Positions 26,060-37,340 of a DNA stretch of 64,000 bases are shown here, piece by piece (positions within the stretch are counted from its first letter, which is position 1; each line of letters begins with the position of its first letter). The DNA comes from Epiperipatus broadwayi (Eukaryota; Animalia; Onychophora): contig JAQFVV010000007.1 in the NCBI GenBank assembly GCA_028023455.1, positions 9,796,001 to 9,860,000 of the forward strand, in the 5' to 3' direction. The notes beneath the pieces are model-generated. The model saw only the letters and a list, made by a program, of their open reading frames with translations. It ran no database searches and was not told the DNA's origin. Position numbers and translations under genes: made by a program.

Positions 26060-27160
26060 AATTATAAATATATGCGCTGACACACTCTCATAAGAAAAGC
26101 TATAATTGCATACAAATTATCGAAGCTTAGCAATTTTGGGGCAAAATCTGCATTATAATGGACTATTGAATGGGAAGACCACCAAAGAAAGTTAAAATAC
26201 CTAGACATCCAGCTCCAGAGATAATCTCTAGCTAAATTACAAGATGCGTGTCAAACTATTAGAAATCAGAGGTTTCACACATCCCAAATCTATCTCATCC
26301 TATTCTCAGAAATATATCATTTTTTTTACAGAAACTACCACCTATGCAAGTTTGAAGCTGCTTGAAAAACCAACATCGAGCAATACATTAAGGAATTAAA
26401 TGGGATAGGCTTCAAATATAATAACCTCATACAAAAAAACAAACAATTTTACAAAAAAATGAAATCAAACCCACCCAAGATGACAAACTGTGGATAATAC
26501 TTCCATTCATACCATGGATAGCCAAAAACAAAGCTGGTTCACAAACACATTGAGTTAGCTACCACACTCCTCCCTCAACAAACAGATTAATACATAATTT
26601 TAAGGACAGACTCCACACAGAACAAATTATTCCCACAACAAACAGATTAATATATAATTCTAAGGACAGATTCTCCCACATAGAACAAACTTCACACACC
26701 ATATATAAAATCACATGCCTCCAAGCAAGATGCAGTACTATACATTACGGTGAATCACTAGCATACCACATAGATACCTTTAAAGATGAGACAGATAGAC
26801 CAGAGCATAACTCAATCTTCCTCAAACATCAAAACATAATGGGCCACATATTTGAGCGCATAGCTGCCAGCATAGCAAGCATCAAGCAAAATGACTCTAA
26901 GCTGAAAGTTAAAGAGGCATGGCATATAGCTAATAACCTAATGCCATAAATCAGAAGAAATCCTGCTTTCCCCTTTCAAAGAAATGGGCAATATGATTTA
27001 CATACTTTGAATAATGCAATATACTCAAACAATTATGCATATTCTAAGGCTATGACTATGAGGACATTTAACAGCCTCGAAAGTGATAAGCTTCGATAAT
27101 TTTCATGCAAGCAATTATAGCATTTCTTACGAGAGCATGTCAGCACATATATTTATAATT
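26060..27160 (+). mobile_element. Penelope-like element relic 2: thumb/GIY-YIG region with a 70-bp inverted terminal duplication
   Basis: Plus strand gives WIILPFIPWI, TNRLIYNSKDRF, IYKITC..C..HYGES and KVKEAWHI. 26060-26129 is the reverse complement of 27087-27160. A 60-bp internal tandem duplication lies near 26578-26690. Confidence 0.75.
27048..27097 (+). ncRNA. Possible degenerate hammerhead motif at the 3' end of PLE relic 2
   Basis: ATGACTA-T-GAGG acatttaacag CCTC-GAA-AG tgataag CT-T. Stem II and GAAA are clear, the core is non-canonical (A3/U8), and stem I does not pair well. Confidence 0.35.
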
Positions 27161-29653
27161 TATTGTTTTGTTATTAAAATACCATATCTCTATATTAGCA
27201 CATTTCATAAATTCAATAATGAATAGAAGTAAAATAATAATCAGTTATAATACTTTTCAAATATATTTATTATTAAATATGACAACAAAACATTGCATGG
27301 GAAAAGCAATTATAATCTCTTTTTATATATTATACTGAAATTTTATAAATAGGCAGAATGCCATTCATGACAGCCATGTTGATTTGACTTGATAATATTT
27401 AGTGATAATAGATTTATCTAAAATATTAAACAGAAAAATCTAAAGGATATTAATACTATTTTTAATTGCGAAAGTATACTGCATATGAATAATGAACATT
27501 TCATTTATTACTGAAACAAAACCACTAATGAATCATTCTGTCAAATGATCAAATATTTTAACAACACTGAACTAACCCTTTACGATTTTTGTTCTTCTCA
27601 AATTTAGCTCACCAAATGTATTATCAGTGCGATAATAAAAAATCCAAATTTTAACATTTTTTTCTCTGATATAGTTTTAAAGTTATAAGTATCTGAAATC
27701 TTTGAAAATTGCAATTTTGCACCTATACACAATTACAAAAAGAATGATTACCCAAATTAGAATTAAGATAAGAAAAACCATAGAAAGTATCAAAATTGTA
27801 GCTTATTTGGTACCGCTTATTTTTTACTTTCAAATGAAAGGTAAGTTGTTGTTTTTTTTCCAGTTTTTTATTTCAAGATCATTTATTAAAATTTTTCATT
27901 TTAATTCATTTGTGGAAAATTTTATTATAAGATCGCAAAAGAATCTTGTAAATATATATATCATACAAAAATAATTTTGTGATTGACATGAGACTTGAAA
28001 AATATTTATATTATTTCAGTGATGATTCTTCCACATACTTAATTTTTTTTTTTCAAGTATATACCAAAACATAAAAGACATTTTGGTATCAATGCCAAGT
28101 AGTATTATCAACCCATGTTAAAAGGGATATGATGGTCGGGAGGAAAGTAATTCTCCAGCAATCCTAAAAAGAGTAAATTGTGGTACCTTTTCAACTGTTT
28201 ACATAAAGTAAACTCAATACTAATTCAAAACAAATATTTTTCTTCAATTAAAAAAAAAAAAACACACAAGAAACGAAATGTTTTGAAAGCATTTTTACTA
28301 TAAATCCAATATCAATTATTCAGAAGTTTTTATTTCCTGCATCTGATAAACTGTTGCTTACAGAATTATTTTCACAGAGTGAGGAATAAAAACAAGTTTT
28401 CTTTGTCAGAGAAGCTTTGAAATAAATTCTTACACTAGTAAGAGGATTTGTAACATATGAAAACAATAATTATTGATTGTTTGGCTAAGAATTGAACAAT
28501 TGAAATGGTGGGAGTGAAATTCTTCTGCCCTAACCCTCTTTCCTTTATGTACTCAAAACATGAAGTCCCTGTGTCCCAAATTTGTGCTTTGGTAAATCTC
28601 AAGCATTCACTATATCTGTAAAAAAGATGACATAACAATTATGGTTCTTCAAAAATATCTATCAAGACAGCTGACATTATTCCCATAAAATAAGATGTGA
28701 TATTAGCATACATAAAAAAGCACAATATTTTAAACGAGTTATATAAAAAAATTATTGTATGGATAATATACTTATGAAATTTTGTTACTTTGTCAAGTTC
28801 TCTTCCCTTCCCAAATGGACTTCCAAAATAATCCCAAAAGATTGAATTAAATTTTAATTTGTAATTCACACCGATTCTTTTTATTGGCTATACAATATCT
28901 GTCTAAATAATAAAAAAATAGACTCTTACTATTACTTTATTAAAGTTTAAACAGTTGTTAGAGGGAAAAGAGAATATTAAAAAAAGCACAAAACATATGC
29001 CCCTATACTAATATATTCGCAATTTGATTTATTTTTTTTTCTATGCAGTAAACAAACAAAAAACTAGATCACACAAACATTTTCCTACATGAAAAATACT
29101 ACAGCAAATTACAATATTGCAGAAAATAATTTATTTGGTAAATAATTTATTAATTCAAACAGAAAAATGTTTTTTTTTTGTTTTTTTTTAAAATTGTGGC
29201 GAAATTCTATTTAAAAAGAAAATTTATAAATGGTGTCTGAATGTCAGTATCCAGCTAAAAGATAAACCCATCAAAAAATATAGGGCAATATTCCGAGTTT
29301 AAATTAAATATATATATATGACTTCAGATCAATCATCTATAGGACTAAAATGTCCTAATTAACTCCAATGTCAGACTGCATGTATTTGAGTAATCAGCAA
29401 TACGACCAAAGACATTGCTATATTTGGACTCTTAATAATAAAAATTGAATTGCAGTTCAAGCAAGAAAATGGCTGGATTATGATCTATGAATCTTGAGCT
29501 CCAGAATCTATCACTCTACTATAGCATCAAACCACATGGGGCAAGTACATTAATCAATACTTCACATATTATGATTAATATATTTTAAAACTAAAAGAAA
29601 AATATATCTTTAAAGATTTTTTTTTTTACTATTACATATATATTTAGACTAGA

Positions 29654-32351
29654 TTGTCAGCCAAGACAGCAGATGGCAATCAAAGGCAGAGGGGGTGGGG
29701 TGCTAAAAATCCCCTTATTGTGAACCCTGGTTGCCATTTAATGTCAATTTTTTATTTAGGTAATTACAAGTGCAGATCACTTTTGAGAGATTTCATGAAT
29801 TGGAAGAAAAATTATCTAATATTAAATGAGACATTGTTGGACTTTGTGAAGTTAGAAGAAAAGTTGAAGACAATTAATTTAAGAAGTGTACACATATTTT
29901 ACTAAAAAGACACAAATATTGGAAGCACAAACGAAATGGGATTCATTATAAATAAAAAGTAGAATAATAATGTGAAAATTTATGATATATCAGATAGATT
30001 GGCAAGATAACTATTCAATCTAATGAAAGATATCAAGTGCAGATAATTCAGGTTTATGTCCCAACAAGTTCTCATTGTGATGAAATAGAAGTTTTTATAT
30101 GGATGTACAAAATGCTTTTGATCAGACCAAACATTTTAAAATTGTTATGGGAGACTTTAATGATAGAATTGGTAAATGATTGAAAGATGAAAAAATTGTG
30201 GGTAAATTTGGTTAGAGTGATAGAAATGAGACAGGACGAAGACTTCTTGTGGAGTTTGTAAAAAAAAAAAAAAAATCTTTATATTAAAAATTCTTTCTTT
30301 GAGAAAAATGCTAAATGAAATTGGACATGGAAGCATCTAAATTAAGGTTTACAGCATAATTGGAATATCATAATGTTTTTAATAGATTCAACACAAGAAG
30401 TGATCATAAACTAGAGATAAAAATTATTGAGAAAAATAGTATTTGCCATTGATGTATCTAATCTTCAAAAATATTCCAATGAATTTAAATTAGACCTTGC
30501 AAAATCAAAAGGAAGATAAATGATAAACTATTAAGATAACAAAAATAGCTAGTACAAAAAAAAAAACAACAATTAACCAGTAAAATTTCTAGAATCATGC
30601 AATTTATAAAGAAAATGGAAGGAATATGAAAAAATATAATAACGATTCATTAAGAAGAATTAAATATCTAGAGTTTTGTAAAATGGTACAACAAAAGTTA
30701 ATAATGATATAAGAAAATATAATTGTGAATTAAAAGTAAAGAAAGCTAAGGAAGAGAATAAGTCTCAAAAGTATAAAACAACATTTTGGTATTGGTAGGA
30801 AATTTATTTTTGCAATAGGAAAAAAAGATGGAATTATTACTAAAAAGACATGTCATTATAAAATGGATAGAAGAATTCTATAAAGTATGATATAGTTATT
30901 AAAAAGAAGAAACCAAAATATTCCTTACAATTATTACATTTTCTGAAGTGCCCAGAATTTATACGAAGAAGTGAGATATGCGATTACATTTATAAATGAA
31001 AAAGCTTCAAAAACTTATAACCAATATCTTTAAAAAATAAAGAAAAATTGTTGGAAAGTTATTTACCAACTAACTATCTAAATGATAAAGATATACCAAA
31101 TGATCAGAAAAATCAGTAGTAATACTGATATTTAAGAGCGGTGATAAAAAAGATAGTTGAATCATTAGTCTTCTATTAGTTCTATACAAATTTTTTCCAC
31201 ATCTACAACAAACTTTGGATTTTAACCAACCAAATGAACAAGCTGGATTTAAAAGTGGTTGTAGCACACTAGGTCATATCCTATTGAGAGAAGTCATAAA
31301 AAGAACCAATGAATATGAGATGCCATTACGCTTTGGATTTGTAAGATTATGAAAAGAAATTTGATTCTATAAGCATTTCTATATTGATTAAGGAATTGGA
31401 ACATCAAGATAGACTTGGAATATTATCATATTCCAAAGAATATCAAAAAGCAACAGCAATGATTAGATTACATAGTGATAAGAAGATTAATACTAAGAAG
31501 AGTATAGGATAGGATGATTCCATATCTCTAAAGATTTACAGTATGTATTTTGTGAATTAAAATGAAAAGCCACAGGATAAAATACTTAAGCTGCTTGCAG
31601 ATGATGTGATTGTTTTTGCAAATAATGCTTCAGAGCTTCAGGAAATGTTGTAAGAATTATCAGATGAAAGTAAGAAAGTAGGATTAAAGATAAATGTTAA
31701 AAAGACTAAAGTAATGTTCACCGGATTTTCTCAGAAGAAAATAAAAACTGATGATCAATTAAAAAAAAATTACCAACTACAAATATTTGGATTAGATTAT
31801 TAATACATATGGAAGCAGAATGGATGAAATTAATCTTAAAATTAAACTTGGATAGAGTGCTTTGGGAGAAATAAATATTAAAAGAAAATATGCCTATGTG
31901 TGTGAAAAGAAATGTTTTTTAATTATATTTACCAGTTCTTATTTATGGATCTAATACTTGGATACATAAATAGAAGAACAATATAGAGACTTAAGACCAT
32001 TCATCAAAATATAGAGACGTATGTTAGGAGTAACAAAAAGAATTCAAAAAACAAAATACATGGATGAGAGAACAAACAGATATTACTAATATTATTGAAA
32101 GAATTAAGAGACTGAAATGGAGCTGGGCTAAACACATATTGTTAAATGAGATGATAACAGATGGATAGTTGAAGTCTTAAGATATTGTAAAAGAACTAGA
32201 AAGAGACCAAATGTGAAATGGATGGATAAAAGAAGAATGCTTGCTGATGTGATATGAAGAAAAGATGCTGGATATTAGAGAAAATGGATTAATCTCAAAC
32301 AGACTTGCAACCGGCAGTGGATCAATAATGGTTGTAAATTTTGATGATGAT
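29654..32351 (+). mobile_element. RTE LINE copy 3, nearly full length but heavily decayed
   Basis: Colinear with copy 1 from about position 35 (GAKNPL..PGCHLM) to a GATGATGAT tail. Very many stops and indels. Confidence 0.9.
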
Positions 32352-33678
32352 ATAATTTATTCCAAGTTATCTTGTTCAACTAATATATGAATAAAATTCT
32401 CTCAAAGTTAAACACAAATTTCATTATTATGCCATTCTACTGGTGTATTTAGCATGCTAATAATTCAAATATAAAAATATAATTACAGAAAATTTCATAA
32501 CAGTAACATCAACAATCAGCAAGTTGTGATAGCTATATTAATACAACAGTTAACAACATATTGTCTTCCAACTATGAGATAACTCATAAAAATGAATTAT
32601 TGCTGGCTGATTAACTTCAAATTTATTAGTAGTAAAGACAGAAAAATGAATACAACGCACAAAAAAATAATAGATCAACATTAAAGAACTAAATATCACA
32701 AACCTTAGTTAATTATTGTGTGGTGCTAATAAAGAAATTATGTAAATTTAGATTTACTTTTAATTACTTGCATAATAAACACATGTAAGGGATAGGTAAA
32801 GTGCAAATGAATAATTAATAAAAAAAAGACATTGAATTGGCAACAGATAACTGTCTTTCTGTTCAGATAATGAAAAATTAGCCATGCATCAAAGAAACAA
32901 ATAGTTCAGATTTTTTAACATTGAACTTGTTATCACTTAAAGAATGACTAATAAATGATTTATTAACAACAAATAATTTCAGTAGCCATTTATTTATTTA
33001 CTTATCATTTACCTTGAGTATTATTGTACATTTTAAATAAAATATTTATTACTAATATACTAATTCATTTACAAGCATTGTAATATTGGTCGAATTTAAT
33101 AATTTCATTGGATATGGTAATTATCTTAATTTTAAATCATTTTTCTCTAATTAGTCACAGGGTAGTTTGTAATACTTACTGAGCGTAAGTACAGTACTCA
33201 TAATTCTACAAACTCTCCAAGTCTGACCATACTTAACACTAATAAATTGATCTACTAACTGAATTTGCACTAATTTTGTGAAGTGAACAAATCCAATACT
33301 TTTCAAGACTTTTTATCTCCTGAAAAATATTTCAAAATGAGGATTTAGTTTTTAATCACGTCTACTTTTTTTTTTTTTAGTTTTGGCCTATATTTTAGAA
33401 ATCAGACAAAATTATTAAGTATAAAATTATAGGCAGGCGTGCAAAGCAGCTGTCAGTAGTAATTTGGGAGCTTTTTACAAGCGGAAACCAAAAGTGACCC
33501 CCCCCCCCCCCAAAAAAAAAAACGGAATTATTATAAGGTAAAGTATTTGCGTTTTATGGATTGATTTGTATAGTTACTGCAAAACTCATCTCTATTTTAA
33601 CCTCCCACTCCCCTTTCTCCCTAGGACTTGGAATAGCCATACTCATTTAAAAGTGGCTGTTGCTAATGTGATATACAA

Positions 33679-34146
33679 CAGGGGTGGCCAAGTCGATCGT
33701 GATCCACCGGTGGATCGCAAAGCCAATTTTGGTCGATCGCGAGGCCAATTTGGCAAGAGCTGTCGGTTAACGAGTGAAACAAATTACGACAAGATTTTCA
33801 AGTTTTTCAGTTATGTTTGTTTTTGTACTAAAGTTTTTTTCAATTCTAGATAGGTGAAATCCACTAAGTCCATATCATTATTGAAAATAATATTTTTAAT
33901 CTTGACTTAATGTAGCTAATTTGAATTAATAAATATTTTTAATAATTACTCATGTTCCTTTAATTCCCCGAACATGAGTTTTTTGGCCCGTTAAATAATT
34001 ATTTTTTACTAGGTAGATATATAAAAATAATATGTATTTTACACCCCACCCCCCCCACTTAGACTACGCCTATGACAACAAGTCGATCGCAACACATTTT
34101 TAAAATAAAAAGTAGATATTATGAACACAAAAGTTGGTCACCCCTG
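33679..34146. mobile_element. 468-bp hAT MITE with perfect TSD
   Basis: TIRs CAGGGGTGGCCAA / TTGGTCACCCCTG, subterminal GTCGATCGC repeats, 8-bp TSD ATATACAA at 33671-33678 and 34147-34154. Confidence 0.92.
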
Positions 34147-34344
34147 ATATACAATATTGAAAAGGTAGACTAAACACCCATAACATTTATTTAAATATTA
34201 CAATAATCAAGAAATGAGTACATTTATTTATTTTAATTTTTATAATTCATCTGAAATATTAACATATATTATTGAATTTGTTCATAAAATACATATTACT
34301 GATTTTTATTTATTTCAGTTAATTACAATGAATATGCTATACTA

Positions 34345-35506
34345 TCATCATCATCATCAACCATTATCAATCCACTGCAGGATGAAGGTCTCTCCAAGTT
34401 CAATCCATCTCCGATACTTAGCTTCTCTTCTCCACATCACCCGTGCACACTTTATTATTTCATCTATCCATCTAACATGTGGTCTCTTTTCTGGGTCTTT
34501 TACAATCTCTTGGAATCCAGTTTAATGTTTCAATTGTCCATCTATTATTATCTCTTCTAGCAATATGTCCAGCCCAACTCCACTTCAATCTTTTAATTTT
34601 TTCAATGAGGTCAGTAACACCTGTTTGTTCTCTTACCCATACATTGCGTTTTCGATCTCTTCTTGTTACTCCCAACATGCATCTCTCCATACTTCTTTGA
34701 GTAGTCTGAAGTCTCTGTATTGCTCTTATATTAAGTGTCCAAGTCTCAGATCCATAAGTAAAAACTGGTAAAACACATTTGTTAAAAATCTTCCTTTTCA
34801 AACACATAGGCATATTTCCTTTTAGTATCAAGTTATTTCTACCAAAAGCGCTCCAAACAAGTTTAATTCTATGACTAATTTCATCTATTATGTTTTAATC
34901 TGTATTAATAATCTGACCAAGATATTTCTAACTGTTAAATTCTTCTAACTAATCATAATCAATCTTTATTTTCATATTTTGAGAAAATCTATTAAACATT
35001 ACTTTAGTCTTTTTAATATGTATCTTTAGTTATACTTTCATCTGATAACTCCTGAACATTTCCTGCAGCTCTAAAGCATTATTTGCAAAAACAACTACAT
35101 CATCTCTAAATGACTTAAATAATTTCCATTTACTTTCACTCCTTTAGCTTCCCATTTTAATCCATAAAATAATTTTTGCAGCACTGCTGTAAAAAGTTTT
35201 GAAAATGTGGAGTCACCCTGTCTTACACCCTTCTCAATGTTGACTTTCCCAGTATCATTATGTAATCTAATTGTTGCTGTTGCATTTTTATAAATGCATG
35301 TATTCTCTAAAATATGACAATATCCTGGATCTATACCTTGATGATCCAATGCTTTAATCACTGAAAAAATGTTTATAAAATCAAATGCCTTTTCATAATC
35401 TATAAATCCAAAACATAATGGCAACTCATATTCATTTGTCCTTTCTATAACTTCTCTCAATACCTGGATATGATCTACTGTACTAAAACCACTTTTAAAT
35501 CCAGCT
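34345..35506 (-). mobile_element. RTE LINE copy 4, 5'-truncated
   Basis: Reverse complement of copy 1 from about 1776 to the (GAT)n tail. Flanked by the direct repeat GCTATACTAT at 34336-34345 and 35504-35513. Confidence 0.95.
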
Positions 35507-36480
35507 ATACTATATGCAAATATATATTCAATAAAAATTAAATTAGATTAAATGTTCATTTAATGGGTGATTATGTCAACTAGTGATCTTGGTGTATTGA
35601 ATCTCTGATAATAAAATTATATAGGTGAATTTGATATAATTGAATCCAGGTTTTGAATTGAAGATATGCTGAGAAATCAAAACTAAAAGTGATGTACAAC
35701 ATATAAAGAAAACCATAAATGCAAACCTGTTGAACACCAAATAGTGTCTAACACAGAATATAGATCAAACAGGCAAGACAATTCATAAGCATGATCTTAC
35801 AAAAAAAAAAAATAGTAAGCTGTCCTAGCTTTCAGATAGAAATTTTAAAAAAAGTGAATATTTTGATTTTTTAAATAAAATCATTTAAAAGTTTACTACA
35901 TGAAATGAACTGGATGAGATAAAAGAGTATTTGCAGAAAATTCACAAAATGGTAAATATATGTTAAAATAAATGTATGTCTATAGTAAAATTCTTATAGA
36001 AAAAATTCAAACCAAAAAATAAAAAAATGAATGATAAAAAATTTTCATCAACCATATTGAAAAAAGGGGGATAGAGGAAATTAGTAAATTAATATGTTAA
36101 CTGGAACTGGGAGATCAAGAGAAGCATGAAGTATGTAGAATGCATGAAATGATTTTTGCCAAATAGTTGGGTATACATAAAGAAGTATTGTGAGCTAGGA
36201 TTCAACTATATGAAGAAATGTCATCTCTAGGCTGAGAGAGTGAAATTCAATCTGGCTAATAATTGTCAAAGAGATAAAAGCTTCACTACTAAATAAAAAC
36301 CATGTCAGAAAATAAAGGTGATCTACAAGTATTAAGGCATTGAATTAAAAAAAGAAAGAAAGAAAAGAAGAAAGATGGTTTCCCTAATAAAAAAGACACT
36401 GGGTTTAAAAGTTAAAAAAAAAAAAACCTTTACAAATGCAGTAAAAATAGAAATGGTTTCATTAGTATAAAGAAATGATG

Positions 36481-36689
36481 GGCAAAACTCTCAATACGTG
36501 TTGCCACTCAGAACAAGCCAAAGTAAGCAATGGATGCCAGAAGGATTGTGCATAAAATCCCCATCTAGTGCCTAGTTTCTGGCTTGTGGCCTTCGTCAGT
36601 AAGGAGCCTTGGATCTGAGAGCACAAGCCTTCTGGCATCCATTGATTACTCTGGCTTGCACTGAGTAGCAATATGTATAGAGTTTTGCC
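36481..36689 (-). mobile_element. 209-bp foldback with about 70-bp arms and a central hammerhead motif (family copy B)
   Basis: 36481-36551 is the reverse complement of 36621-36689. The spacer reads (minus) CCTTA-CTGACGA-A-GGC cacaa GCC-A-GAAACTAGGC. The arms match the post-ribozyme tail of copies A, C and D. Confidence 0.85.
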
Positions 36690-37044
36690 TGTTTTAATAA
36701 GTTATAAGCAAGCATAAAAAATGGTAGTCATGTGATGTTTATTGGCTTAAGAAATGATGGGATTGTACAAAAAAATCAAAAGATGTTACCATAATTCTGA
36801 TATTTTGATCTTGGATAAAGTTAACAAGAGATTCTATGGTAATGTGTGGAGAAAAATGGTATTAAAAGGCTTACTTACCTTGGGTGAAGACATTATTCTC
36901 TTTGGTAGGTCAGATATTCAATTAATCATTTTTGTATGCTTTAAATCTTACAATGGATAAATCATGTAATGATACACATGCTTAAGTAATTCAAAAGTTC
37001 AAATCCAGAATTTAATCATTGAACCATTAAAACATCACATAAGC

Positions 37045-37340
37045 CATTTCTTTGTGCTTAATAGTAACAAAAATGTTTTCCACCCAATAGTGCCACTTAA
37101 TATAAGCTATGGTAATCAATAGATGCTAGAAAGTTGTGCATTTTAATCACTAACCAGTGCCTTCCTATCCAATATTGCTAGACTAATTTCTAGCTTATGA
37201 CTTTCATTAGTAATGAGCCTTGAATCTGGGAATAGTGCACCTGGATCTTTGGATTTAACGCATCCTTCCAGAACCCACCATTTACCATTTTGATTAGCTA
37301 TAAAGCTATCAGTCCAAACTGAAAATAGAATAATGTTCGT
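37045..37340 (-). repeat. Hammerhead-bearing repeat family, copy C (motif at 37177-37215)
   Basis: CATTA-CTAATGA-A-AGT cataa GCT-A-GAAATTAGTC-TAG. Aligns over about 280 bp with copy D. Confidence 0.75.

Noticed and set aside
28435-28620. KAQIWDTG resembling the Rab GTPase KAQIWDTAG motif, behind a good acceptor site
   Set aside because: No other GTPase motif (P-loop, GQE, NKxD) is nearby, and there is an in-frame stop before the best donor.
33625-34170. Removing the hAT MITE gives an open exon-like frame (TWNSHTHLKVAVANVIYNIEK) between CCCTAG and AAG|GTAGAC
   Set aside because: It is short, has no homology, lies on the opposite strand to the other candidate exons, and is easily produced by chance.
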